64,000 nucleotides of DNA from an uncultured Candidatus Rokubacteria bacterium (GTDB lineage: Bacteria > Methylomirabilota > Methylomirabilia > Rokubacteriales > DASRDR01): contig CAWGVS010000006.1 in NCBI GenBank assembly GCA_963826115.1, positions 960,001 to 1,024,000 on the forward strand, read 5' to 3'. Below the pieces are notes generated by a model. That model made no database searches, had not been told where the DNA came from, and saw nothing but the letters and a program-made list of their open reading frames with translations. Shown in pieces: positions 30,364 to 39,708 of this stretch. The stretch's first letter is position 1. The number at the start of each line of letters is the position of its first letter. The translations under genes and the position numbers were made by a program.

Positions 30364-31247
30364 GCGTGGCCGCCTCGCCCCTGGCGGTTCTCGAGGCCGT
30401 CGACGAGCGCGCGGGGTCGGACTTCTGGCGACGTTTCCAGCGAAGCCGCAACGCGTGCCTCGGGGGCGCGCTGGTCGCCCTGGTCGTGCTGGTGGCGCTC
30501 GGCGGGCCGTGGCTCGCGCCCTATCGCTACGAGGACACCGACATGCTGGCGGTCTGGGCCGAGCCCTCGCGGGCGCACCTCCTGGGCGGGGACGCCCTGG
30601 GGCGCGACGTGCTGAGCCGGCTGATCGTGGGCGCGCGGATCTCGCTCCTCGTGGCGGTGTCGGTCCTCGCGCTGACGCTGACCGTCGGCACCGTCGCGGG
30701 GATGGTCGCCGGCTACTTCGGCGGCTGGGTCGACGCGCTCCTCATGCGAGGCGCGGACATCGTCTTCGCCTTCCCGGAGCTGATCCTCGCGATCGTGGTG
30801 GCGGCGATGCTCGGGCCTGGCACCCGGACCGTGATCGTGGCGCTCGCGATCGTGTGGTGGCCGGGGATCGCGCGGCTGACCCGGTCGCTCACGCTTTCGC
30901 TCCGAACCGAGCTGTTCGTCGACGCGGCCATCGTGAGCGGGACGCGGCCCTTCACCATCCTGGCGCGCCACGTCCTGCCGAACGTCATGCCGCCGCTGAT
31001 CGTCCGGGCCTCGATCGGCGTCGGGTTCATCGTGATGGCCGAGGCCACGCTGAGCTTCCTCGGCATCGGCGTCCAGGAGCCCCTGCCCACCTGGGGCGGG
31101 ATGATCCGGGATGGGCTGGTCGCGCTCCGCACGGAGCCGTACCTCGCCCTGTCGGCAAGCGCGGCCCTCGGCGTGACGATCGTCGGCTTCAACCTCCTCG
31201 GCGACGGCCTCCGCGACATCCTCGATCCGCGGGTGCGGGACCGGTGA
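30360..31247 (+). CDS. Peptide ABC permease (DppC-like)
   Basis: [36 protein letters not shown]; GTGA overlap. Confidence 0.93.
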   Translation: MSVAASPLAVLEAVDERAGSDFWRRFQRSRNACLGGALVALVVLVALGGPWLAPYRYEDTDMLAVWAEPSRAHLLGGDALGRDVLSRLIVGARISLLVAVSVLALTLTVGTVAGMVAGYFGGWVDALLMRGADIVFAFPELILAIVVAAMLGPGTRTVIVALAIVWWPGIARLTRSLTLSLRTELFVDAAIVSGTRPFTILARHVLPNVMPPLIVRASIGVGFIVMAEATLSFLGIGVQEPLPTWGGMIRDGLVALRTEPYLALSASAALGVTIVGFNLLGDGLRDILDPRVRDR

Positions 31248-32230
31248 CCGACCTCCTCGAGGTCCGGGACCTCTCGGTCTCGTTCGCCACGTCGCGGGGA
31301 TCCGTCCCCGTGCTCGACGGCGTCTCGCTGAGCGTGCGCGAGGGCGAGGTCGTCGGGCTCGTGGGCGAGAGCGGGTCGGGCAAGTCGGTCACCGCGCTGT
31401 CCATCCTCGGGCTCCTCGGGGAGCAGGGGCGGGTGGACGGGGGCGAGATCCGTCTCGACGGCCGCGACCTCGTGCCCTTGCCCGAGCGCGAGTGGCTCCG
31501 GGTGCGAGGGCGGCAGGTCGCCATGGTGTTCCAGGAGCCGATGACGAGCCTGAACCCCTTGCTCCCGGTCGGCTTCCAGGTGGCGGAGGTGGTGGAGGAG
31601 CACCTGGGGCTCGGGCGGCGCGAGGCGCTCCTGCGCGCCGTGGAGCTGTTCCGCGACGTGGGCATCCCGGACGCCGAGCGGCGCGCGCGCGACTACCCCC
31701 ACCAGCTGTCGGGCGGGATGCGCCAGCGCGTCATGATCGCGATGGCGATGGCGTGCCGGCCGCGCCTCCTGGTCGGCGACGAGCCCACCACCGCGCTCGA
31801 CGTCACGATCCAGGCGCAGATCCTCGCGCTCCTCCGCGACCTCGGGCGGGCCTCGGGCACCGCCGTGCTCCTCATCAGCCACGACCTCGGCGTGGTGGCC
31901 GCGATGGCGAGCCGGGTGGTCGTCATGTACGCGGGGCAGGTGGTCGAGGAGGCGCCGACCCGCGAGCTCTTCCGGGCACCCCGGCATCCGTACACGCGGC
32001 TCCTCCTGGCGGTCGTGCCCGGCGTGCGCGAGAAGCGCGAGCGGCTGTCGGCGATCCCGGGGAGCATCCCCGCGCCGTCGGCGATGCCCACGGGGTGCCG
32101 CTTCCACCCTCGCTGCCCGGACGCCATCCCGCTCTGCCGCGAGGCGGCGCCCGTTCTCGAGGCCCACGGACCCGACCGGCGGGTCCGCTGCTGGCGCGCC
32201 GCCGAGCTGGCCGGCGAGGCGCGCGCGTGA
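31244..32230 (+). CDS. Peptide ABC ATP-binding protein (DppD-like)
   Basis: [36 protein letters not shown]. Confidence 0.95.
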   Translation: MTDLLEVRDLSVSFATSRGSVPVLDGVSLSVREGEVVGLVGESGSGKSVTALSILGLLGEQGRVDGGEIRLDGRDLVPLPEREWLRVRGRQVAMVFQEPMTSLNPLLPVGFQVAEVVEEHLGLGRREALLRAVELFRDVGIPDAERRARDYPHQLSGGMRQRVMIAMAMACRPRLLVGDEPTTALDVTIQAQILALLRDLGRASGTAVLLISHDLGVVAAMASRVVVMYAGQVVEEAPTRELFRAPRHPYTRLLLAVVPGVREKRERLSAIPGSIPAPSAMPTGCRFHPRCPDAIPLCREAAPVLEAHGPDRRVRCWRAAELAGEARA

Positions 32231-33213
32231 CCGCGCTTCTGTCGGTGGACGGGCTGGTGCGCGACTTCCCGACGCGCGAGGGCGGCTGGGCCGGACGCTC
32301 GGGGAAGGTGCTGCGGGCCGTCGACGGCGTGACGTTTCACGTCGGCCCCGGGGAGACGCTCGGCCTCGTGGGCGAGAGCGGCTGCGGCAAGACCACCGTC
32401 GGGCGCCTGATCCTGCGGCTCCTCCCCGTGACGGCCGGGCGCGTCGTGTTCGACGGCCGGGACGTGACGCACGTGCCCGAGCGGCAACTCCGCGAGTTCC
32501 GCCGGGCGGTCCAGGCGGTCTTCCAGGACCCGTACTCGTCGCTCAACCCGCGCCTGACCGTGCGCGACATCGTGGGCGAGCCCCTCCGCAACTTCGGCGC
32601 CACGCGCCGCGCCGCCGCCGCGCGGGTGGGGGAGCTCCTCGACACGGTGGGGCTGCCGCCCGACTACATGACCCGCTACCCCCACGCCTTCAGCGGCGGC
32701 CAGCGGCAGCGGATCGGGATCGCGCGGGCCCTCGCGCTCGAGCCGCGGCTCCTGGTGTGCGACGAGGCCGTGTCGTCGCTGGACGTCTCCGTCCAGGCGC
32801 AGGTCCTGAACCTCCTGGCGGACCTCCAGCGCCAGCTCGGGCTCGCGCTCCTCTTCATCTCCCACAACCTCGCGGTCGTGCGGCACGTGAGCCACCGCGT
32901 GGCCGTCATGTACCTCGGCCGGCTCGTGGAGATCGCGCCGGAGCCGGCGATCTTCGAGCATCCCCGGCATCCGTACACGCGGGCGCTCCTCGCGGCCGTC
33001 CCCGAGGCGGACGCCGACGCGCCGCCGCCCGCGGTCCTGGCCGGCGAGATCCCGAGCCCGCTCGATCCGCCGTCCGGATGCCGCTTCCAGACGCGATGCC
33101 CCCGGGCCGAGGCGCGCTGCCGCGCGACCGAGCCCGGCTTCACCGAGGCGCAGCCCGGCCACTGGGTGCGCTGCTACTTTCCGGAGCCGGAGCCCCTGCG
33201 GCGAACGGCCTGA
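32227..33213 (+). CDS. Peptide ABC ATP-binding protein (DppF-like)
   Basis: [28 protein letters not shown]. Confidence 0.95.
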   Translation: MTALLSVDGLVRDFPTREGGWAGRSGKVLRAVDGVTFHVGPGETLGLVGESGCGKTTVGRLILRLLPVTAGRVVFDGRDVTHVPERQLREFRRAVQAVFQDPYSSLNPRLTVRDIVGEPLRNFGATRRAAAARVGELLDTVGLPPDYMTRYPHAFSGGQRQRIGIARALALEPRLLVCDEAVSSLDVSVQAQVLNLLADLQRQLGLALLFISHNLAVVRHVSHRVAVMYLGRLVEIAPEPAIFEHPRHPYTRALLAAVPEADADAPPPAVLAGEIPSPLDPPSGCRFQTRCPRAEARCRATEPGFTEAQPGHWVRCYFPEPEPLRRTA

Positions 33214-33222
33214 GGACCCGCG

Positions 33223-34305
33223 ATGCTCGTCGAGCGCACGCACTACTACGCCAAGCCCGGCCACGCGGCCGAGGTGCTGGCCGCCCGCCGCCGCGCGTCG
33301 GAGGTCCGGGTGGCGCTGGGCCTGCCGCACGGCCGGATTCTCGCGAAGGTCGACCGCGCCGGCGACGGTCCCGACGTGACCTGGGAGTGTGACTTCGCGG
33401 ACGCGGCCGCCCATGCTCGCGACCTCGAGGCGCGCGACCGGAGCCCGGAGTTCTCGGCCGTGCGCAAGCGGATGACGGGCCTCATCGACCGCTTCGAGCG
33501 GCTGGTGCTGGAGGGCGACGATGCGGCGGCCGACGGACCGGACCCGACGCGCCCGGTGGTCCCGGCGGAGGTGCATGTCCGGAGCGGCGGCCGCACGCTG
33601 ACCGGCTACTACTACCTCCCGCCGGGCGACGGGCCGTTTCCGGGCCTCGTCCTGAATCACGGGAGCACCGTTCATCCCGGCACGAGCGACTTCTGCCGCC
33701 CGGGCACGGCGGCCGTGCTCACGGCCTGGGGCTACGCGGTGCTGCTCCCCCACCGCCGCGGATACGGGAACTCCGCCGGTCCCACGTGGCGAGAGGACGT
33801 GGCGGCCGAGTTCGGGACACCCGAGTACGACCGGGCGCTGGCGGCGCGCCTCTCGCACGAGGCGGACGACGTCGTCGCGGCCGTCGACTGGCTCGCGGCC
33901 CGCCGCGAGATCCGCGCCGACCGGATCGCGGTGATCGGCAGCTCGTTCGGCGGCACCGTGTCGCTCCTGGCCGCGGCCCGCGCGCGCGGGCTCCGGTGCG
34001 CCGTGGACTTCGCCGGCGCGGCGATGAACTGGGAGCGGACCCCGCGGCTCCGCGAGACCATGCTGGAGGCCGCGCGGCAGCTCGCCGTGCCGCTGTGCCT
34101 CGTCCAGTCGGAGAACGACTACAGCGCGGCGCCGACGCGGGAGCTGGCCGCCGAGCTCGCTCGCCTCGGCAAGCCCCACGCGGCGCGCGTGTACCCCGCC
34201 TTCGGCCTCACCGCCGACGAGGGACACCTCTTCTTCCAGAACGGGGCGCCGATCTGGGGGCCGTGGGTGCGGACGTTCCTCGACCGCTGGCTCAAGGGGG
34301 AGTGA
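33223..34305 (+). CDS. Fusion of a NIPSNAP/dimeric alpha-beta-barrel-like domain and an alpha/beta hydrolase (dienelactone hydrolase/peptidase S9-like)
   Basis: N-terminal about 95 aa ([17 protein letters not shown]); then NHGS, RRGYGNS, GSSFGG nucleophile, D in SENDY, H in DEGH. Confidence 0.8.
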   Translation: MLVERTHYYAKPGHAAEVLAARRRASEVRVALGLPHGRILAKVDRAGDGPDVTWECDFADAAAHARDLEARDRSPEFSAVRKRMTGLIDRFERLVLEGDDAAADGPDPTRPVVPAEVHVRSGGRTLTGYYYLPPGDGPFPGLVLNHGSTVHPGTSDFCRPGTAAVLTAWGYAVLLPHRRGYGNSAGPTWREDVAAEFGTPEYDRALAARLSHEADDVVAAVDWLAARREIRADRIAVIGSSFGGTVSLLAAARARGLRCAVDFAGAAMNWERTPRLRETMLEAARQLAVPLCLVQSENDYSAAPTRELAAELARLGKPHAARVYPAFGLTADEGHLFFQNGAPIWGPWVRTFLDRWLKGE

Positions 34306-34310
34306 CGCTC

Positions 34311-35069
34311 ATGCGCGGCGCGTTCCTCGAGGATCTCAGCTGGCCGGAAGCCGGCGCGCGCATCGCCGCCGGGGCGGTCGTGGTGGTGCCGGTGGGCGCC
34401 GCGGCCAAGGAGCACGGCCCCCACCTGCCGCTCCGGACCGACTATCTGATCGCGCGGGAGCTCGGACGCCGCGTGGCCGAGGCGTTGCCCGTGCTGGTCG
34501 CGCCCGTCGTCTCGTTCGGGTACTATCCCGCGTTCGTCCACTACCCGGGGAGCCAGCACCTCCGCGCCGAGACGTTCATGGCGCTCCTGACCGACGTGCT
34601 GACGGGCTTCGTCGCCCAGGGCGCGCGCCGGCTGGCCGTCGTCAACACCGGCGTCTCGACGGAGGCGCCGCTCCGGATCGTGATCCGCGACTTCTACGCG
34701 ACCCACGGCGTGCGCGTCGCGGTGGCCGACCTCGCCACGCTGGGGCGGGCGGTCCAGCCCCGGCTCCAGCAGAAGCTCGGCGGCCACGCCGACGAGCTCG
34801 AGACCTCGCTCGTCCTGGCGATCGATCCGGGCGCGGTGCGGATGGCGCGCGCCGAGCCCGACTACGGGCACCTGCCGGACCTCCCGCGCACCGTCTTCTA
34901 CCAGCCCGTCGTCTTCGACGCCGACCCCGGCTCCGGCCCCGACTGGAGCCGCACCGGCGCGCGGGGCGACCCGTCGCTCGCGACGCGCGAAGTGGGGGAG
35001 GCGGCGCTCGAGGAGATCACCCGCGAGCTGGTGGACGGCCTGGTCGCGCTCTACCCCGACATCCGGTAG
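34311..35069 (+). CDS. Creatininase/MftE-family amidohydrolase
   Basis: PVGAAAKEHGPHLPLRTD, YPGS, GGHADELETS, GDPSLAT. Confidence 0.92.
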   Translation: MRGAFLEDLSWPEAGARIAAGAVVVVPVGAAAKEHGPHLPLRTDYLIARELGRRVAEALPVLVAPVVSFGYYPAFVHYPGSQHLRAETFMALLTDVLTGFVAQGARRLAVVNTGVSTEAPLRIVIRDFYATHGVRVAVADLATLGRAVQPRLQQKLGGHADELETSLVLAIDPGAVRMARAEPDYGHLPDLPRTVFYQPVVFDADPGSGPDWSRTGARGDPSLATREVGEAALEEITRELVDGLVALYPDIR

Positions 35070-35128
35070 CCGTTGCGCCACCACGAAGAGCCCGAGGCCG
35101 GCCGGGCGGGAGTTCGGGCGCGACCCGC

Positions 35129-36415
35129 TCAGTCGGTGGGAATAGGCGGCGGTCCTTCGCAGAGCGCGGGGAGGAGCCGGCACCGGCCCGGATCGAGGGG
35201 CCGCACGTCGAGCGGCGTCACGGCCTTCCGCCAGATCCGGACTCCCGAGTCGTCGTCGTCCGTCGCGACGAAGAAGTAGGGCCACGATGCCGCCATGTCG
35301 TCGATCGACGTGTTCAGGCCCTCGCCGAAACCAGCGGCATTGACCACACCCCATTCCGCGCCCGTGAGGGTCGCCCACACCGTGGCCTCGTCGCCGCCGA
35401 TACCGCGGCCGAGGAAGAGCCGCGACCGGAAGACGGCCATCGTCTGGAGGCGCACGACGCTGCTGAAGGGATCCTGGAGCTCGGCGGGCGTCACGTCCTC
35501 CCAGTCGAGCCCGTTGAATCGCCAGACCTGCGCTCGGTCCGGGTGATTGACGGTGCTGACGTAGAGCCGACCTCGGAACACGACCAGCGCGGTCGCGGTG
35601 GCGTTGCCCGGGTACCCGAAGCCTCCCGGCAGCAGCGCGCCGGGCAGCGCGTCGCCGTCCTCGTCGCTGGCCACCACCGGCTCCCAGTTGACCCCATCTC
35701 CGGTCCGCCAGATCTCGAGGCCCGTCAGCTCGGGTCCATCGCCCCCCGGCCGTTCCCTCGAGGAACCCACGTAGAGCTGCCCCGCGAACGTCCCGAGCAC
35801 CCCGCTGTGGTTGTTGACGGCGTCTCCGAACCCGTCCGAGACGACCGGCTCCCACGTCGCCCCGTCAGGCGTCCGCCAGATCTCGAGCGGCGCGCTGGTC
35901 GCGAGGTGGAGGCGCCCGTCGAAGGCGGCCAGGGAGGTGATCGCGGCACGGCGCCAGTTCTTGGCGGTCGGCGTGACCTCGCTCCACAGCTCGACGAAGG
36001 CGGTGACCGGGAGGCATACCGAGCGGAAGGGCACGCAGGATCGGAAGGGGACTTGCCCGGCGGTTCTCCAGACGTCCCCGTTGTCGGCGCCGATGTACAG
36101 TCGATTCTCGAAGACCGCGAGCGCCAGCGCACGCGGCGGGGCCGTACCAATCGGTGCCGGGGTCACGCCCCATGACGGGGTGACCTCTCGCCAGCGCCCG
36201 CTACCCAGCCGGGTCTTCCAGACCTCGCTGCCGCTGGCGCGGTTGGTCGTCACGACGTAGAGGTGACCATCGAAGATGGCCATGTTCCCCGTCTTGTTGT
36301 CCGGGTTGCCGAAGCCTGGCGTGTTCGCGAGGATCCACGAGTCGGCGTGGGCCGTCGAGACAAAGAGGGCTAGGACCCCCACGACAACCGCCAGTGTCCC
36401 GATGCGTGCTCGCAT
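35129..36415 (-). CDS. Secreted beta-propeller repeat protein
   Basis: Signal peptide (AHA-D); about 7 repeats of GFG..N..L..F.G.LY....EIWR..DG..WE.V. Confidence 0.75.
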   Translation of the reverse strand: MRARIGTLAVVVGVLALFVSTAHADSWILANTPGFGNPDNKTGNMAIFDGHLYVVTTNRASGSEVWKTRLGSGRWREVTPSWGVTPAPIGTAPPRALALAVFENRLYIGADNGDVWRTAGQVPFRSCVPFRSVCLPVTAFVELWSEVTPTAKNWRRAAITSLAAFDGRLHLATSAPLEIWRTPDGATWEPVVSDGFGDAVNNHSGVLGTFAGQLYVGSSRERPGGDGPELTGLEIWRTGDGVNWEPVVASDEDGDALPGALLPGGFGYPGNATATALVVFRGRLYVSTVNHPDRAQVWRFNGLDWEDVTPAELQDPFSSVVRLQTMAVFRSRLFLGRGIGGDEATVWATLTGAEWGVVNAAGFGEGLNTSIDDMAASWPYFFVATDDDDSGVRIWRKAVTPLDVRPLDPGRCRLLPALCEGPPPIPTD

Positions 36416-36449
36416 GGCGCTTTCCGGGTGCGTTGCGGAACCGGATTCT

Positions 36450-37871
36450 CTACCGCGGTGGTGGGGGCGGCGGGGGCACCGCGCCCAGGCTCGCGTCGAG
36501 GCCGGCATCCGAGCCCGCGCGGCCCGCCGGGCTTCCCGGAGCAGGGCCTCCTGGCCCACCGCGCGCCGGGTCCGGCATCGTCTGCCAGATTGGTGTCCCG
36601 TGCCCGCTGTTGCCGCTGCGCTGGACTCCGAAGCTGCCGTCGCCGGTGTTCGTCACCGCCTCCGGTCCCGTGCTCCCGCCGCGCGACGATCCCGTCCCGC
36701 CCTCCGTGCCCTGACCATCCGGATTGATGCCAGGCTGGGTTGTCTGCTGGCGGATCGTTGTACGGATGTCTTCGCGGGGATTCAGGCAACCGTGGATGGG
36801 CGCCCAGTGGCAACCGTCGTTGCGTCCCGTGCCGGCGGCGGGATCTTCGCGGGGCTGAGAATCCGATCCGCCGGTGTGGCGAGAGTGACGGCCGCCGACG
36901 ATCGAGCCCTTGAGCTCCCTCACGATTCGCCCATCCGAGGCCCTCTCCGCACCGTACCAGCTCCCGTTCCCGGCGCCGTCCACCTCCTCGTGGTAGTGGG
37001 TGGTGCCGTTGGAGTCGGACCCGTCCACGATCACCGTGTGGCCCCCGTCTCTGAAGGAAAACCGTTCACTGACACTCTTCGTGCCGTTCGGCTCCGTCGT
37101 GACGGTAGTGTCGCGACTTCCGTTCTCGTGGGAGCTGGTTTCGTGGGTGGTCGTCTGACCGTCCTCGTTCCTGGACGGAGGGTCCGTCGATTCGCTGGTC
37201 TGCTTGCCGATCCTCGATTCGGCTCGCTGGCGCGGGGTGCTGGACGGGCCGTCTCCGCTTGCCGCTCCTCCGGGATTACCCAAGGCGCCCCCCAGCGTGG
37301 GAGGGCCGCCCATCCGATCGGCGGCATTGCCGGAGCCGAAGCCGCCACCGGCCTCGTCGAGGCAGCCCTGGGGATTGGGGAAGCAGTCACGGCCGACACC
37401 GGTACCCTGGTGGCCGGGCGGCTCGCTGACCCGACCGGTGCCGAGCGTCCGGGGGAGCCCCCCGTCCTCCGTTCCTGCGGGCCGGCCGCGCTGGAGCGGA
37501 TCCCGGTTCAGCTGCTCAAGCTGCTTGAGGTCGCGGATCGCGTCCAGCTGGTTGGCGTCGCGGAGCGTGGGGTCGATCCCGGGGACCGCGGCGGCCGGGA
37601 GTGTCGGGACGGTGGGCCCGGCCGCCGGCGCTCCCGGGCCGGCCTTGGGTCCCGAGACCCCTGGCCCGCTGCCCGGCGGAGCCGGAGGCGGAACCGGCTT
37701 GGCGGTCGGCGGCGTCACGACGTTGGGCTGGGTGAGTGGCTTGACGGCGTCGCTCTGGATCGCCGGCGCCGGAGTCTGTGACTGAATGGTCGACGGAGCC
37801 TTCGGCGGATCGGCGGCGATCGCGGGGGTGACGAGCAGCAGGACAAGGGCCGAGAGGACGAGAGTTGACAT
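36450..37871 (-). CDS. Secreted Pro/Gly-rich protein, paralog B
   Basis: GGAGG RBS, signal peptide, two Cys pairs, poly-Pro C-terminus; paralogous to 37990-39426. Confidence 0.8.
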   Translation of the reverse strand: MSTLVLSALVLLLVTPAIAADPPKAPSTIQSQTPAPAIQSDAVKPLTQPNVVTPPTAKPVPPPAPPGSGPGVSGPKAGPGAPAAGPTVPTLPAAAVPGIDPTLRDANQLDAIRDLKQLEQLNRDPLQRGRPAGTEDGGLPRTLGTGRVSEPPGHQGTGVGRDCFPNPQGCLDEAGGGFGSGNAADRMGGPPTLGGALGNPGGAASGDGPSSTPRQRAESRIGKQTSESTDPPSRNEDGQTTTHETSSHENGSRDTTVTTEPNGTKSVSERFSFRDGGHTVIVDGSDSNGTTHYHEEVDGAGNGSWYGAERASDGRIVRELKGSIVGGRHSRHTGGSDSQPREDPAAGTGRNDGCHWAPIHGCLNPREDIRTTIRQQTTQPGINPDGQGTEGGTGSSRGGSTGPEAVTNTGDGSFGVQRSGNSGHGTPIWQTMPDPARGGPGGPAPGSPAGRAGSDAGLDASLGAVPPPPPPPR

Positions 37872-37989
37872 TTCGACCTCCAGGAAGCCCGTCGTCCCGT
37901 CTTGAGCGGGGCGGGCACCGGTCCGACTCAACCCGCGCATGAATACGTACATCGGCCGATGTGGCATGTGTGCGGCGGAGACCCTCCGT

Positions 37990-39426
37990 TCAGCGCGGCG
38001 GGGGCGGTGGCGGCACCGCGCCCAGGCTCGCGTCGAGGCCGGCGTCCGAGCCCGCGCGGCCCGCCGGGCTTCCCGGAGCGGGGCCTCCCGGCCCGCCGCG
38101 CGCCGGATCCGGCATCGTCTGCCAGATCGGGGTCCCGTGGCCGCTGTTGCCGCTGCGCTGGACCCCGAAGCTGCCGTCGCCGGTGTTCGTCACGGCCTCG
38201 GGCCCCGTGCTCCCGCCGCGCGACGATCCCGTCCCGCCCTCCGTGCCTTGACCGTCCGGGTTGATGCCAGGCTGGGTGGTCTGCTGGCGGATCGTGGTTC
38301 GGATGTCTTCGCGGGGATTCAGGCAACCGTGGATGGGCGCCCAGTTGCAACCGTCGTTGCGTCCCGTGCCCGCGTTCGGGTCCTCGCGTGGCTGGGAGTC
38401 CGGCCCGCCACTAGCGAACACATGTCGCCCCCCGACGATCGAGCCCTTCTGTTCCGTCAAGACCCTTCCATCAGGCTCCCTGATCACCATGTACCAGCCG
38501 CCGTTGCCGTTCCCGTCTGTCTCGGAATGATAGTGGGCAGTCCCCTGGTCGGCGTCGGTTCGGTCATTGATGTGCGTGCGACTGCCGTCCTTGAACGAGA
38601 ACTCCTCGTCGAGCTCGCCGTTCCCGTTTTGGTCCTCCGTGTGGGTTGCCGTGCGGGTTCCGTTCTCGTAGTCTTCTCCCGACTGCGTCGTGGTGGTCTC
38701 ACTGTCGGTGTGGGTGCTTGACACTTGAACGCTCGTGTTCGCTCCCAGCTTCGCGTCGGCTCGCTGACGTACGTTGGGGCCCTCGCCGCCGTCCCCGCTG
38801 GCGGCTGCCCCCGGATTGCCCAGAGCACCACCCAAGGTGGGAGGGCCGCCGAGGCCACCGCCCGGGGCGGACCCGAACCGGTCCCTGGCTCCGCGGCCGA
38901 GGCAGCTCACTGGATTGTTGACGCAGTCGCGACCGAAGCCTGCCGGCCGCTGGTGGTCGGATGGCGCCCCCAGCTGTCCCCGGCCAAGGGTCTGGGGTAG
39001 CCCCTCGCTCTGACCCGCGGGCCGGCCGCGCTGGAGCGGATCCCGGTTCAGCTGCTCGAGCTGCTTGAGGTCGCGGATCGCGTCCATCTGGTTGGCGTCG
39101 CGGATGGTGCTGCCGAGCTTCGGGTCGATCCCGGGCGTGCCAGCGGCCGGGATCGTCGGGACGGTGGGCCCGGCCGCCGGCGCTCCCGGGCCGGCCTTGG
39201 GCCCCGAGACCCCCGGCCCACTGGCTGGCGGAGCCGGAGGCGGGACCGGCTTGGCGGTTGGCGGCGTCACGACGTTGGGCTGCGTGAGTGGCTTGACGGC
39301 GTCGCTCTGGATCGCCGGGCCCGGGCCCTGCGACTGGGTCGCCGTCGGGACCTTCGGCGGATCGGCGGCGTGCGCGGGGGCGGTGACGAGGAGCAGGACG
39401 AGGGCCGAGAGGACGAGCATCATCAT
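37990..39426 (-). CDS. Secreted Pro/Gly-rich protein, paralog A
   Basis: AGGAGG RBS, signal peptide (AHA-A); conservation with paralog B including synonymous third-position differences supports this frame. Confidence 0.8.
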   Translation of the reverse strand: MMMLVLSALVLLLVTAPAHAADPPKVPTATQSQGPGPAIQSDAVKPLTQPNVVTPPTAKPVPPPAPPASGPGVSGPKAGPGAPAAGPTVPTIPAAGTPGIDPKLGSTIRDANQMDAIRDLKQLEQLNRDPLQRGRPAGQSEGLPQTLGRGQLGAPSDHQRPAGFGRDCVNNPVSCLGRGARDRFGSAPGGGLGGPPTLGGALGNPGAAASGDGGEGPNVRQRADAKLGANTSVQVSSTHTDSETTTTQSGEDYENGTRTATHTEDQNGNGELDEEFSFKDGSRTHINDRTDADQGTAHYHSETDGNGNGGWYMVIREPDGRVLTEQKGSIVGGRHVFASGGPDSQPREDPNAGTGRNDGCNWAPIHGCLNPREDIRTTIRQQTTQPGINPDGQGTEGGTGSSRGGSTGPEAVTNTGDGSFGVQRSGNSGHGTPIWQTMPDPARGGPGGPAPGSPAGRAGSDAGLDASLGAVPPPPPPR

Positions 39427-39708
39427 GCCGGCCTCCTGGGAACCCGCCATCCCGTACCGGGACGGTCGGGATTTCCCTGACTACACCCTGTCCGGCGGCC
39501 CAGTGTCAATACGCATGCCTCTCTGGCTTGCGCAGGGCGTCACAAGCGCCCGACGGACCAGGCCGCCCTCGTCTGGGACGCGTGGTCAGGGCCACGCGTC
39601 GCCACTTGACACGACACCGCCGCGAGGGTGAACTGGCGCCGCCGAAGCAGGGCTGCGAGCGCCTCGCCGGTCGAGGGGGCGAGCCACGTCCCTCGCCGGC
39701 CGCGCCGC

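Larger units (their letters stand above)
36450..39470 (-). repeat. Tandem gene duplication with about 1.54 kb period
   Basis: About 36455-36910 matches 37995-38447, and about 37485-37860 matches 39015-39417; the middle is diverged. Confidence 0.92.

Noticed and set aside
26738-35069. Mycofactocin cluster (creatininase/MftE plus LLM)
   Set aside because: No mftA, mftB, radical-SAM mftC or mftD in the window
36450-39426. Repeats as CRISPR array, IS ends or DGR template/variable repeats
   Set aside because: Repeats are long coding paralogy; no spacers, transposase or reverse transcriptase, and differences are not adenine-specific by eye
36450-39426. RiPP precursors or curli-like amyloid subunits
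   Set aside because: About 475 aa long, no modifying enzymes or peptidase-transporter nearby; high Pro content and no curlin repeats
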